A DNA stretch of 64,000 nucleotides from Chiloscyllium plagiosum (taxonomy: Eukaryota): the NCBI RefSeq assembly GCF_004010195.1, contig NC_057749.1:8247451-8311450 (forward strand). The letters run 5' to 3'. Under the pieces are notes generated by a model. That model saw only the letters and a program-made list of their open reading frames with translations. It did no database searches and was not told where the DNA came from. Below, in pieces: positions 49,759 through 62,691 of the stretch. Within the stretch, counting starts at the first letter, position 1; the number at the start of each line of letters is the position of its first letter. Position numbers and translations under genes: made by a program.

Positions 49759-50544
49759 NNNNNNNNNNNNNNNNNNNNNNNNNNNNNNNNNNNNNNNNNN
49801 NNNNNNNNNNNNNNNNNNNNNNNNNNNNNNNNNNNNNNNNNNNNNNNNNNNNNNNNNNNNNNNNNNNNNNNNNNNNNNNNNNNNNNNNNNNNNNNNNNNN
49901 NNNNNNNNNNNNNNNNNNNNNNNNNNNNNNNNNNNNNNNNNNNNNNNNNNNNNNNNNNNNNNNNNNNNNNNNNNNNNNNNNNNNNNNNNNNNNNNNNNNN
50001 NNNNNNNNNNNNNNNNNNNNNNNNNNNNNNNNNNNNNNNNNNNNNNNNNNNNNNNNNNNNNNNNNNNNNNNNNNNNNNNNNNNNNNNNNNNNNNNNNNNN
50101 NNNNNNNNNNNNNNNNNNNNNNNNNNNNNNNNNNNNNNNNNNNNNNNNNNNNNNNNNNNNNNNNNNNNNNNNNNNNNNNNNNNNNNNNNNNNNNNNNNNN
50201 NNNNNNNNNNNNNNNNNNNNNNNNNNNNNNNNNNNNNNNNNNNNNNNNNNNNNNNNNNNNNNNNNNNNNNNNNNNNNNNNNNNNNNNNNNNNNNNNNNNN
50301 NNNNNNNNNNNNNNNNNNNNNNNNNNNNNNNNNNNNNNNNNNNNNNNNNNNNNNNNNNNNNNNNNNNNNNNNNNNNNNNNNNNNNNNNNNNNNNNNNNNN
50401 NNNNNNNNNNNNNNNNNNNNNNNNNNNNNNNNNNNNNNNNNNNNNNNNNNNNNNNNNNNNNNNNNNNNNNNNNNNNNNNNNNNNNNNNNNNNNNNNNNNN
50501 NNNNNNNNNNNNNNNNNNNNNNNNNNNNNNNNNNNNNNNNNNNN
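49759..50544. other. Assembly gap
   Basis: Run of N. Confidence 1.
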
Positions 50545-51715
50545 TTGTGTCTGTGTCTGCGTTTATTTGTGAGAGTGTATTTGTGAGAGTGTATCTGTGC
50601 CTCTGTACATCATAGAATCATAGTGTGTGTTTGCAGGAGTGTGTGTCTTTGTCTCTGTGTGTATATGTGTTTGTGAGTGTGTGTATGTATATGTTTTTGA
50701 GAATGTGTGCGTACGCACTTTATTTTCTTCTTCATGTCTCCAGCATTGTCAAGTGTGACTTGTGGAGTCAAACGACGCCCTCGAACTGCCTGAAGCTGCA
50801 AATCAGCTCCATGCGTTCTGCTGAAAAAAAAGGTTAAAGCCTCTGTGTACTGGGAACCTTTGTTTCTAATTGCTCACCCACTGACTTGATGGTTTGAAGG
50901 CTCCCAGCATTAGGCTAGTTAATGAGATGTGCAGACAGCAGGCAGGGAAAGAGACAGGAGAAAAGGATACATCACAGGTGGGAGAGTTAGGAGGGAAAAA
51001 AAGGAATTAGAACTTCAGAGTCCCATAGTATTGCTGAGTCACCGGGAGGCTACGTTGAAGAGCACCTGGGAGCCCTAACAAAAAGATAACCTGGAGATTA
51101 CAGAGGAGCACCTAATCAATCAGGCTAACTCCTTCCGAAATGGTTACCTGGTGAGGTTTTATAATGGCTGCAAGTTGCTTTCGGGACAAGCAGTACTCCC
51201 ATCTTGCAAAATGCAAAACATTTGATTACCTCCAAGCTCCTTTCAGTCTCCTGTGGATGAAAGGAAAATTAACAATTGCATTTATTTGCCCAGAGCAACA
51301 ATAGGCAGTATCAAACAAACAGTAATTTGATATTATGAGCTGTTCTTAGTCTATATATACATATGTAATCTAAACGGACTCCAGGGACAGCAGAGTGGAA
51401 TAGTTAGTGAATATTGTGATTCAGCAATTCACTAGATTTGTAAATGACCTGAATTATTCCAACAGTGGTTCTTAAATGTCTTTAGTAAATAGCAATACAA
51501 CTCTGTTTCCCAGTTGCATCAGAACCTTGTTCTGTTTTTGACATCAGAGGGCAGTGAGTTCTCACTACACTTGACTCAATGGATATGTTGCTCACCTTTG
51601 AAACAGAAGGGTGCTAATTCAAGTCTCTGCCCCCCTCCACCCACCCCAAAGTCTGTACTTGTATAATTCAGGCTCCACACCATATTGAGGGAATGCTGCG
51701 CTGTCGGATAAATGC

Positions 51716-51902
51716 AGAAGTCACATGACGCCAGGTAAGAGTCCAGCACGTTAATTTGAAATCACAAGCTTTCAGAGCGCTGGTGAAATGAAGCAGCGCT
51801 CTGAACGCTTGTGATTTCAAATAAACCTGTTTGACTATAATCTAGTGTGGTGTGACTGCTGACTTTGTCCACCCCAGTCCAACACTGGCACCTCAACATT
51901 GT
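51716..51902. mobile_element. Inverted pair of Penelope-derived family-C elements
   Basis: ATTTGAAATCACAAGCTTTCAGAGCGCTG / CAGCGCTCTGAACGCTTGTGATTTCAAAT arms. Confidence 0.8.
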
Positions 51903-52469
51903 GGTCAGGTAATTGGTCTTTAGAATGGAATGATAAACCATTTAACGTCAAGATCCTATAACCCTCATTTGTAGAAGAACTGGAGAGTTCCACTGATCAA
52001 GGCATTCTGTCAAACTCTGTTTTGAAAGAATAGATTGAAATGCATCAAACCACCAGAGCTTCACCCAACAGGACAGCACCATATTCATTTCCACGCTGTG
52101 CATGGGAGCTTGCTGTGCTTTTTGAAAATTCATTCATTGGATGTGGGCATCATTGACTAAGCTAACGTTCATTGTCTCCCTAATTGCCCCTTTAATCGAG
52201 TGGCTTGCTGGGCCTTTTCAGAGGGCAGTTATGAGTCAATCGCATTGCTGTGGGTCTGAAGTCACATGGAGTACAGACCAGGTAAGGATGGCAGATTTAC
52301 TTCTTTAAAGTGCAATAGAAAATTAGGTGAGTATTTTCAACAATTCTTACACGAGTGATTTTAGACTTTTGCTTTTAGTTCTAATTTTTTTTACTGGAGT
52401 TTGCATTTCACCATCTGCCATGATGACTTTTAAACCTATGCCATCAGAACATCAGCCTGGACTCACATG

Positions 52470-52680
52470 GGGAACCTATGGAAGGCTGTGGAGGCCAGAT
52501 CATTGAGTGTATTTAAGACGGAGATAGATAGGTTCTTGATTGTCAAGGGGATCAAAGGTTACAGGGAAAAGGTGGGACAATGGCGTGGAGAAACTTGTCA
52601 CCCATGATTGAATGGGCGGAGCAGACTTGATAGGCTCATTGGCCTAATTTCTGCTCCTACGCCTTATAGTCCTATAGTTT
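52470..52680 (+). mobile_element. CR1 LINE 3' tail
   Basis: Similar to 21940-22140 and 47100-47280. Confidence 0.8.
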
Positions 52681-53519
52681 ACTAGTCAAATGACATTACT
52701 GCTACACTCAAGCCTCTTCTGTTAAAAGGTGCCATCACTTTATCACACATTGCAACAACACCAGTCTTCACCAATGAAGCAATCTGCACGCCCAAAGGTT
52801 TTTATAAATACAAATCCTTTCTTTCCTGTCCCAGGGTCACACACTTCTTGTTTTCATATGTTGTGATGGCAGGGCGTCAGTAACTCTCAATATTTCCTTT
52901 TTATCTCACTTGTGGTTTTAAATAGATACTGCTACTCTCCTGTCTCTGAACCATCAGCCTGGAGGGAGCTGTAAAAGTTGCAGGTGGATGATGCTGTTAG
53001 AGAGAAAAGAAAAGCAGGAAAAGAGAGAGAAAGAGTGAATGGAGAAATACGAGATGTGATGGTTCCTAGTCCGACCACACCGACGTGCAGCTGTTGCTCA
53101 AGCTTTTGACATGGATTAGAACGTTGAGTAAAAAAACCTCACTTCTCAAAATCACGCAATTATGAATTATACCATATTCGCTGCTCTGCATCAATGCCTC
53201 ATGTTATATTCAAATTCGATCAGTCCAAATTTAATTTTGAGAATCGAATCAAATCTAGAAGGGACTTTTTGATGAACCAAGAGATCTTTATTCACTTTGC
53301 AGATCTGTAAGCCATCCATAAAGCTTTTCTGTGTCTATCTTAATGTGGGGAATGTAAGCCTGGTGTAACTGGAAGCATCGTAATGAGAATCTAATGCTCA
53401 AATAGCTTAGCCATCAAGTGAATGCTTAAGATTCTACTGTATCTTTGAAAGATGAATTGAGTGCCCTTAATTGACAGCTCTGACCAAACTGAGTTAATTG
53501 GTCAGCTGTCATTTTTTTT

Positions 53520-53930
53520 TAATTCATTCATGAGATGTCACTGGCTGGGCCAGCTTTTGTTGCCTGTCCCCAGTTGCCCTTGAGAAGGTGGTGGTGAGCT
53601 GCCTTCTTCAACCACTGCAGGTCACTTTGAGTCGGTACACCATACAATGCTGGGAGGAGGGACCTTATCCAGGATTGTGACCCAGCGATGCTGAAGGAAT
53701 AGCGATATATTTCCAAGTCAGATTGGTGAGTGGCTTGGATGGTAACTCGCATGGGCTGTTTTTCTTTCATGGATCTGCCACCCTTGTCCTTCCAGATGGC
53801 AGTAGACATCTGTTTGGAAGATGATCTCTAAGAAGCCTTGGTGAAAGTTGTAAATGGTACACACTGCTGTTACTGAGCATCGGTAGTGGAGGGAATGAAG
53901 TTTTGTAGATGTGACGCTAATCAAATGTGC
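53520..53930 (-). mobile_element. CR1-type LINE family-B 3' end
   Basis: Reverse complement of 15240-15625 motifs. Confidence 0.8.
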
Positions 53931-54054
53931 CTCGTGCTTCAGGACAATTTGATAAAGACCTCAAGAAATGAAAGTGCTTTGAAGTTGGCACCTTCCCATA
54001 ATCAACTGTGCATTCAGTGGCCTACAAGCAACAATGAAGGATTTCAGCATCATC

Positions 54055-54380
54055 ATTATAGCATCCCTACAGTGTGTAGACAGGCCATTTGGCCCATCAA
54101 GTCCACACCAACCCCTCTGAATGGCATTCCACCAAGATTCACCCCCTCTATTTCCCATTGCTAATACACCTAGCCTGCACATCCCTGGACACTATGGGCA
54201 ATTTCCCATTCCCAGTCCACTTTACCTGTACATCGTTGGACTGTGGGAGGAAACCAGAGTAGCTGGAGCATGAGGAGAAAGTGTAACTTTCACATGGACA
54301 GTTGCCTGAGGCTGAAATCGAATCCAGGTCCCTGGCTCTGTGAGGCAGCTGTGCTAACCACTAAGACATCATGTCACCCC
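54055..54380 (-). mobile_element. HE1-type SINE
   Basis: Reverse-complement motifs. Confidence 0.85.
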
Positions 54381-54834
54381 TATCAACTGGCCACCATGAG
54401 GCAAATGGAGGTGGCTGGCTCCATTTGCATCCATGATGTCACTGTTTAGTTCTGTTTGATCTTCCTGTTTTTTTTTCCCAGAATTCTCAGAACCTGCCCA
54501 CTGACATGGTGGGACATTAGGTTAAAGAAGGACTTGCACTTGCGTTATTATCGCTTGTGGGCAACAAATTAAACCATTCCTCATCCAGTTATTGTTGGGT
54601 AAACAACTGCGGCAAATACTTTGTGTGCGGGAAAATGATGACACACTTTAAAGACAAATGAGAAGTACTGGAAGTAAGCAGCAGGTCAGGCTGAATCTAA
54701 GGAAGGAGGAACATAGTAAATATTTCAGTTCAATGATACTTCATTAATGGTAAGTTCCCCTTTTACGAAAGTAATATATAGGACCAGGAATGGCCATTCA
54801 GCGCTACACGGCTACTCTGCCATTCAATACGATC

Positions 54835-54907
54835 ATTTCCCACCCAGGATTGAACTGAGGACCTTTCACATGTGAGGCAAACATGATAACCACTACACTA
54901 CAGAAAC
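54835..54907 (-). tRNA. tRNA-Val(CAC), probable pseudogene/retrocopy
   Basis: Minus strand GTTTCTGTAGTGTAGTGGTTATCATGTTTGCCTCACATGTGAAAGGTCCTCAGTTCAATCCTGGGTGGGAAAT; matches vertebrate tRNA-Val except mostly CpG transitions; anticodon CAC at 54874-54872; 1:72 pair broken. Confidence 0.85.
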
Positions 54908-55914
54908 TGCATCAACATCCCCACCTGGGATTGAAAATTCAATATGATCATGGCTGGTCTGCCTCAACTCTAACTTGGCACATGCTCCACATTTCAACTA
55001 ATTACCAAGGTCGTTCCAAAAAATATATCAATCTCTGTCTGGAATATGTTTAAGGGCTGAGAATCTACATCCTACCAATATCGAGAATTTTAAAAATCCA
55101 CAAACCCCTGAGCAAAGAAATTTCTCTTCATTTTGGTCTGAGATGGATAGTACCTTGTTCTGAATCTGGGAGCCCATGCTCTACAAATAAAGGAGGAACT
55201 GAGAATTTACTCCATCAATTTCCTTAAGAATGTTACGCTTCAATGAGATCAGCTCTCATTCTTCTAACACTGTAGACCAGTCTACTCATTCTCTTCCTGT
55301 CAGACAATCCTCACTTCACCGGAATTGTCTTGTTGAGCTCTCTCAAATGCTGCTAAATCCTTCCTTGAGTAAGGAGATCCAATCTATACTCAGCATTCTA
55401 GGGATAGTCTAATCAAGTCTATTTTGTAGCGTCGCTGATTGATGGGAAGAAGATAAGACCATAAGAAGTAGGAGCAGGGGTAGGCCATTCAACCCTTCAG
55501 GACTGCTTCTCTAACCCATCGGGAAAAAGCAGTAAAACAAAACAGTAATACTTGGGAACGAACGTACTGAGTGTACAAGAACTCCTTTTCTGACTAGAGT
55601 CAGAAAGGTGTGTGTAATTTGTAAGTTTTGTTGGTATTTTCTTCTGGGAATCAATGAAATCATGGCTGATCCTCTTTGTCAATGCCATTTTCCTACATTA
55701 GCCCTCCAGTGCCCATGATCTCTTTATCTAGAATGAATGTTGCTGTCAGTCTTGATCTTCCTCAATGGCTGAGGTGTCCATTGCCTTCTAGGGCAGAGCA
55801 CTTCATTGGCTCATTACTCTCTGAGCAAAAACTCTTCTCCTCATCCCAGTCTGAAACTAGAAAGAGAATTAGGTTTTACTCAATTTACAGGGATACAGGA
55901 GTACAGTGAAAAGT

Positions 55915-56253
55915 TTCTGATCTCCTTCTTACTGGAGGGATGTTGCGAAGCTCGAAAGGGTTCAGAGAAGATTTACAAGGATGTTGCCAGGATTGGAGGA
56001 TTTGAGCTACAGGGAGAGGCTGAATAGGCTAGGGCTGTTTTCCCTGGAGCGTCGGATGCTGAGGGGTAACCTTATAAAGGGGCATGGATAGGATAAATAG
56101 TCAAGGTCTTTTCCCTGGGGTAAGGGAGTCCAGAACTAGAGGGTGAGAGGAGAAAGATATAAAAGAGACCTAAGGGGCAATTTTTTTCACACAGAGGGTG
56201 GTACGTGTATGGAATGAGCTGCCAGAGGAAGTGGTGAAGTGTGGTACAATTGC
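55915..56253 (+). mobile_element. HER1/CR1 3' fragment running into a gap
   Basis: FFTQRVVRVWNELPEEVV motif. Confidence 0.88.
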
Positions 56254-56765
56254 NNNNNNNNNNNNNNNNNNNNNNNNNNNNNNNNNNNNNNNNNNNNNNN
56301 NNNNNNNNNNNNNNNNNNNNNNNNNNNNNNNNNNNNNNNNNNNNNNNNNNNNNNNNNNNNNNNNNNNNNNNNNNNNNNNNNNNNNNNNNNNNNNNNNNNN
56401 NNNNNNNNNNNNNNNNNNNNNNNNNNNNNNNNNNNNNNNNNNNNNNNNNNNNNNNNNNNNNNNNNNNNNNNNNNNNNNNNNNNNNNNNNNNNNNNNNNNN
56501 NNNNNNNNNNNNNNNNNNNNNNNNNNNNNNNNNNNNNNNNNNNNNNNNNNNNNNNNNNNNNNNNNNNNNNNNNNNNNNNNNNNNNNNNNNNNNNNNNNNN
56601 NNNNNNNNNNNNNNNNNNNNNNNNNNNNNNNNNNNNNNNNNNNNNNNNNNNNNNNNNNNNNNNNNNNNNNNNNNNNNNNNNNNNNNNNNNNNNNNNNNNN
56701 NNNNNNNNNNNNNNNNNNNNNNNNNNNNNNNNNNNNNNNNNNNNNNNNNNNNNNNNNNNNNNNNN
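56254..56765. other. Assembly gap
   Basis: Run of N. Confidence 1.
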
Positions 56766-57027
56766 GACCCGCCGAAGCGCAACCCACCCATTCCCCTACA
56801 TTTACCCCTTACCTAACACTACGGGCAATTTAGCATGGCCAATTCACCTGACCTGCACATCTTTGGAATGTGGGAGGAAACCGGAGCACCCGAAAGAAAC
56901 CCACGCAGACACGGGGAGAACGTGCAAACTCCACACAGTCAGTCGCCTGAGTCGGGAATTGAACCCGGGTCTCTGGCGCTGTGAGGCCAGAGCAGTGCTA
57001 ACCACTGAGCCACAGTGCCACCCACGG
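56766..57027 (-). mobile_element. Young HE1 SINE
   Basis: CpG-rich, close reverse complement of 26575-26892. Confidence 0.93.
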
Positions 57028-57519
57028 CCCTTTAACATTAATCTGAAATGCAGGAATAGTGGGATCATACTTATTATCCCCAAAAACAGCACCTTGCTCA
57101 TACACAGTATGAAAAGTTACATTACACACTCAGATCCTGGGATGGAGCCGAAACTCAAAGTGTTCTGACTTCAAGGCAACAGAGGTACCTATTGATCCAA
57201 GCTGACACTTTAAAACAAGCTCACTGAGTATTGTGATTAATTTTATTTTGCAATAAATGAGCAAAAAAATATAGTTATGACTAACGGGAATACAAATACC
57301 AGATACATACATTCACAATACTATTCAGCTGTCTGTCCTTTATAGTCATATTGATTTCATTGCAGCACACCAATTACTAAAATGTCATGCACTGCCTGCT
57401 TTGAACGTCTGTGTGCACATTTCAGGGTGCACATGCAAGGGTGATAAAGTGAAAATATCATATTCATATATTCAAGTGCGCTCAGAGATAACCAATTCTG
57501 GATGCCTGGAGTTGTGGTT

Positions 57520-57862
57520 GGCATAGGTGGCTCAGTGGTTAGCACTACTGCCTCACAATAGGAGGGACCTGGGTTGATTGTACCCTTGGGTAACTGCCTG
57601 TGTGGAGTTTGCATGTTCTCCCCTTGTCTGTATGAATTTCTTTCGGGTGCTCCTTTCTCCCTTCCATAGTCCAAAGATGCGCAGGTTAGGTGGATTGGCC
57701 ATGCTAAGTTGTCATAGTGCCCAAAGATGCGCAGGCTAGATGGATGAGCCACAAGGAATGCAGGGTTACAGGGATGGGGTGGATCTGGATGGGATGCTCT
57801 TTAGACGGTAGCCATGGATTGGATGGGCCAAATAGCCTGCTCCCACACTGTAGGGCTTCTAT
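57520..57862 (+). mobile_element. HE1-type SINE
   Basis: Head/core/tail motifs. Confidence 0.88.
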
Positions 57863-58234
57863 GGAAGTTTCCTAAACTCCCCCCACCCCAGTCAAGTAGC
57901 CTTGTCAACATCTCCAAACTATTTACAACTAAAAACTAAAACAAACTTTAAAACAACATTAATAATGCCCCAGTGATTATTCCCATGTTTGCTCATGACA
58001 AATTAATTGACACTTGAAGAGATTTTTCAAAACCCATACCATGCCCTGGCATTCATTTTGGAAATAAACATGTGGATTAGGAGCAGAAGGATTTACTACA
58101 ATTGATCATGGTCACCATTATTTATACTAGTCTTGTACTCTGGATTTACGAAATTAATTTAAATCCCAATCATGGGTTTAAAGCCACATCCCAAGAGCAT
58201 TCGGCTGGAAATATGAATGACAAGATCAGTTTAC

Positions 58235-58810
58235 AGTACCACAACATTCTTAAAGGCCTTGACAGGGTACAGGCTGAGAGGATGTTCCGCTCATGGGGGA
58301 GTCTAGGATTAGAGCGCGTTGTCTCAGAACAAAGGGACAACAATTTAAGACTGAGATGAGGGGGAATTTCTCTTCTCAGAGGGTTGAGAGTCTTGGTAAC
58401 TGCTTGGCACAGAGAGCTGTGGGGATCATAGATTCATAGAGAGCTGGAGGTGTACAACACGGAAATAGACCCTTCAGTCCAACTGGTCCATGCCGACCGG
58501 ATATCCCAACCCAATCTAGTCCAACCTGCCAACACCCGGCCCATATCCCTCCAAACCCTTCCTAATACCCATCCAGATGTCTTTTAAATGTTGCAATTGT
58601 ACCAGCCTCCACCACTTCCTCTGGCAGGGTCAAATCCTTGTGAAATTTAAAGCTGAGATACACAGATTATTGATCAGTCGGGGAAACGGATTAAGGAGGA
58701 AATGCAGGAAAGTAGATACGAGGAGTGTCGGATCAGCCACAGTCCTACTGAAGGGCAGAGCTGGCTTGAGGAGCTGAATGACCTACTCCTGTTCCTATTT
58801 CTCATGGTTT
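58235..58810 (+). mobile_element. CR1 3' fragment with a nested minus-strand HER1 tail (58427-58627)
   Basis: ILKGLDRVQAERMF; nested piece matches 17748-17911. Confidence 0.82.
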
Positions 58811-59433
58811 TCTGTCTCCAAGACTAAGGGGAGTAGTCTCCAGTTAGGTCAAGGGAGACACATACCAGGCAGGGCTCAGTAAACCATAGGCAGCCTTTGT
58901 ATCAGTGCACGGGTATAGGCACGGTCGGTCAGTCACTCCGGGCAGGTTGTGTTGAGGGTCCACTTCATGTCGTGGTTGAGGAGCTGGCTGTCGGGCACTT
59001 CAGACCTCTGCCTGCCCTTACTGTGAGACGTTTCCTCTTGGAATGAAACAGAGGAGGGGATTGAGTGAGATGAAAATGGATGGCACAGGTGTGGGAAGTG
59101 TGACAAGGTGTGCTAAGGGGAGGGAGTAGGTGGCCCGTAGGTTTCTTAGTTCTAACGATGGGATTGGTTGGGTGATAGAGCAAGTGCTAGAAGATGTTCC
59201 ACATGAGTGTGAGCATGGCAGAGCTCGGCTGTTAGCAGGAGGTGGCACAGTAGCAGAGGTAGATTGTATTTGAGGTGGCAGAGAGAGGATGGTGACGCTT
59301 ACCCTGTACAAGTGGGGATAGGAGGTGTCGATAACCTTCCTACAGCACAGCAGTCCTGGTGGAAGAGAAGGATATTCACTGCACCACCCCTCCCGCCAAC
59401 TCTCTGTCCTGAAAGTAGAATGCCAATTTCCCC

Positions 59434-60079
59434 TGTGATGATGCTATGGCTTTAAGAGATGTATTTTGTTCTTTTCATTTGAAGAAAGGTTTTAAGACAG
59501 AAGTGATGAGCTATTGAAAACTCATAAAGTAAACAGCTTATGAGGCTTTGGGTTTTTATTTAAAGTTGTAACAATAAAAGCAGTCTGAATGGGTGTGGTC
59601 AAGTTCCGACTGAATTTTTAGTTTTAGCTTTCAGCAGTTGTTGCTGGTGTATCAGCTGGGGTTGGAACCTGCAGCACATCTCTCCCTGCTACACTCTCTC
59701 AGAGTTTTCTCTTGAAGATTTTTTCATCCTAGACTGAAGCATTGCCTGTGAGACAATCTATTTTATTGAATTTGCCTTTGCCAAAGGTGCTTTTATGGGA
59801 TGTTACTCTAGTGGAACTATTGCTGCTTAGTAGTTAAATAATCTATTATTCTGTTTAAGCTTTCCAATAGAGTTAAGTTATCCCAAGTTCATCTTTCTTT
59901 TGTTGTATTTTTAACTACAGTGTATGCATAAAACATGTTTTGCTTGAAATCTGGTAGTTTGACCAATCAAATTGCATCCAGAAACAAACGTATGGCTCTT
60001 TGCCATTAAAATAAGAAAAGGTCAGGGTCCAGGCTATCTTTTTCAGATATTTTGAGTGGGTCTGGTCTGATCCATAGCA
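59434..60079 (+). mobile_element. Probable solo LTR
   Basis: TG...CA ends (TGTGATG / CATAGCA inverted termini), TCCCC / TCCCT flanks, AT-rich body distinct from its surroundings. Confidence 0.6.
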
Positions 60080-60279
60080 TCCCTTATCTGCCATTTAAGG
60101 GGAACCGTCTTAAACTGTGCTGGGCAGCTTCAGATTGCCAGCACCTGACCAGGTACGTAGCTATCTTTTAAAGACAATCCTGGGGTGTTCTACACATGGG
60201 GAGTGGGATAAACAGGCTAGCACTGGACAAGCAGGGTCCTAGATCTGCATCTCACATGAAGGGTTAACATAAGAGGAGA

Positions 60280-60655
60280 CCCTATAGAGATTTTCAAAAT
60301 CATGAGGTGACTGGACAGAGTAGACAGGGAAAGGTATTCCCGCTTGTGAAAGGAACATGAATGAGAGGAACAGAGGTTTAAAGTGATCTGCAAAAGAGGC
60401 AGGGGTGGAGTGAGGAGTTGCCTTTTCACATGGCGACTCGTGAGGTCTGGAATGAGCTGCCTGGAAGCATGATGGGGGCAGCTTCAATTGAGGCATCCAA
60501 GAGGGAACTGGATGATCATTTGGATCAAATAAAACGCAAGGGTGTTGGCCAAAAAAAAACAGAAATTGGCACGAGGTATTGATGTTCGTTTAATGAGCTG
60601 GTGCACTCATGATGGACCAAATGGCCTCCTTCTGATCCATAACACTTCTGTGATT
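60280..60655 (+). mobile_element. CR1 LINE 3' fragment
   Basis: GAGACCCTATAGAGATTTTCAAAATCATGAGG (GDPIEIFKIMR) and TGGAATGAGCTGCCT (WNELP). Confidence 0.8.
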
Positions 60656-60774
60656 TTGTAGTTCCATGAGGTTTTGAATGATAGAGTGAGGAAGTGCATT
60701 AGGCCTTGTGGAGATAGACCCTCATGAAACATGACAAAAATGACATTCACCGAATTCTGGTTAGTCTCGGCCCT

Positions 60775-61146
60775 TTGGGTAGCATGGTGGCTCAGTAATT
60801 AGCACTGCTCCCTCACAGTGCCAGGGACCTGGATTCCATTCCACCCTAGGCGACTGTCTGTGTGGAGTTTGCACAGTCTCCCCTGGGTCTATATGGGTTT
60901 TCTCCGGATGCTCCAGTTTCCTCCCACAGTCCAAAGATGTACAGTTTAGGAGCATTGGCCGTGCTAAATTGCCCTTAGTGTCCAGGGATGTGTAGGCTAT
61001 GTACATTACCCATGAGAAATGCAGGGCTTCAGGGATAGATGGGAGGTTTGGTCTGGGCAGGATGCCCTTCAGAGGGTCAGTGCGGACTCATTAGGCCGAA
61101 TGGCCTGTTTCCATGCTGTAGGGATTCTATTCTATTCTATGATTCT
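60775..61146 (+). mobile_element. HE1-type SINE with (TTCTA)n tail
   Basis: Head/core/tail motifs. Confidence 0.9.
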
Positions 61147-62489
61147 AAATGTGAGATCAGGCGAGCTCAAATAACTAATCATTCAGATCTCATAATCATC
61201 CCTGATCATATCAGGAACTTCATTTGAATTGTAAGAAACATTTGGAACTGAAAATGCACATTTCCCACCAATATAGAGCTGACTGTAAGTTGTCTCTGGT
61301 AAGTAATTAGCTTCTGTCTGTTACAACGCTGACTGCAAATAAGTTTGAAAAAAAAAATCAATATCCTGTCTCCAGGCAGGGGAATCATAAAACAACTCAA
61401 ATAAAACTAAAAATCACTTGATAAAAGGTAACGAGGCAGTGAGTTTGAACAGTAACCACACAATTCCGATTAGGGAGACAATAGTGAATATTGTTGAGTC
61501 ACAGGTCTTTCGCTAAAGGATCTGATGGAGAAACCACTGAGTTATTGTGAGGTGTTCACTGAGGTTTATTAAGTTTTACTCTTACCCCTGAGCTAGCATG
61601 TTGACATTGAAGTACCACTCTAGAGACTGGGATACTCTCAGGGCAACACTACAGTGTGTAAATAAAGGAGTGCTACATTATTGGAGGTGCCTACATTTCA
61701 AATGAGACATTCAACTAAAGTCCCTGCCTCCTCCCTCAGGTTGAGGTAACCCCTTACCCCATGGTGCTAAAATAAAATGAACAATTGTCAAGAAGTGAAA
61801 CAAAAGCTGGAATTAGGTCGTAGATTCGTTCGCCGAGCTGGTGTGTTTTTCTGCAGATATTTTGACAACTGTCTAGGTGACATCGTCAGTGCATCTTCAA
61901 TAAAGTGCTGGTGTCTACGTGCCTCGGTTTTTTAGTACTTCCAGTTCTGTATCTGAGTGATTTCTTTACCCTGAAAACAGGAACTCCTGGAGAAACTTTA
62001 CTGAGATCTGGCAGCACCCATGGAGAGAAAAGCGAGTTAACATTTCAAGGGAAGTAACTTTTCTTCAGAATGGGTCCCATGGCATGACTCTTTCCTCTTT
62101 GAAGGTTGTGAGTTTTTGAAATTCCCTTCCTCAAAATGCAGTGAATGTAGCATCTTGAAATATATTTCAAGATTGAGGTAGGTGGATTCTTGATTACCAA
62201 GTGGATGAAAGACTATTGGAAACAAGCAGGGGTATTGAGCTGAGCTTAAAATCAGATCATTCATGATCTTATTGATGTCAGGAAGGGGGGGTCAAATGGG
62301 CTGAAGGGCCTACCCTTGTTCCTTGTTTGTATGTACTGTTTGAAAGGTATTGTCCAAATTCATTCCATCAATTCTCATCACGAAAGAAATAGATTATCCA
62401 ATCATTAAATCATTGCTGCATTGGGAAGATGCTCAGATCAATTGTTTGGTAGTGTGTCATTCCAGCACAGTTTCATGAAATGGAAACTG

Positions 62490-62691
62490 CTGGTGCTGTA
62501 AATCAGAAACAAAAACAGAAGTTTGCTGGAAAAGCTCAGCACGTCTGGTGGCATCTGTGGAGAGACATCAGAGTCAACGCTTCGGATCCATTTCTGATCA
62601 AGGGCCACTGAACCCGAAACATTGATTCTGATTTCTCTTCGCAGACGTTGCCAGACTTGCTGAGCTTTTCCAGCAATTTCTGTTTTTGCTC
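62490..62691. mobile_element. Inverted pair of Penelope-derived family-B elements
   Basis: TTGCTGGAAAAGCTCAGCA / TGCTGAGCTTTTCCAGCAA arms; decayed core CTGATCA-A-GGGCC-ACTG-AACCC-GAAA. Confidence 0.8.

Larger units (their letters stand above)
49030..50710. repeat. Degenerate (TG)n tract split by a Penelope insertion and a gap
   Basis: TG-rich at 49030-49288 and 50545-50710. Confidence 0.9.

Noticed and set aside
49655..50615. Long ORFs through N-runs (also 17768-18369 and 56072-57168)
   Set aside because: Length is an artefact of gaps; real residues belong to Penelope/CR1/HE1 relics
53472..53520. 14-bp bulged hairpin followed by a T run, terminator- or miRNA-like
   Set aside because: The T run abuts the tail of the adjacent minus-strand CR1; the stem is too short for a pre-miRNA
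58820..59390. Purine-rich segment (also 4270-4730), possible old DNA-transposon relic
   Set aside because: No TIRs or convincing protein motif identified
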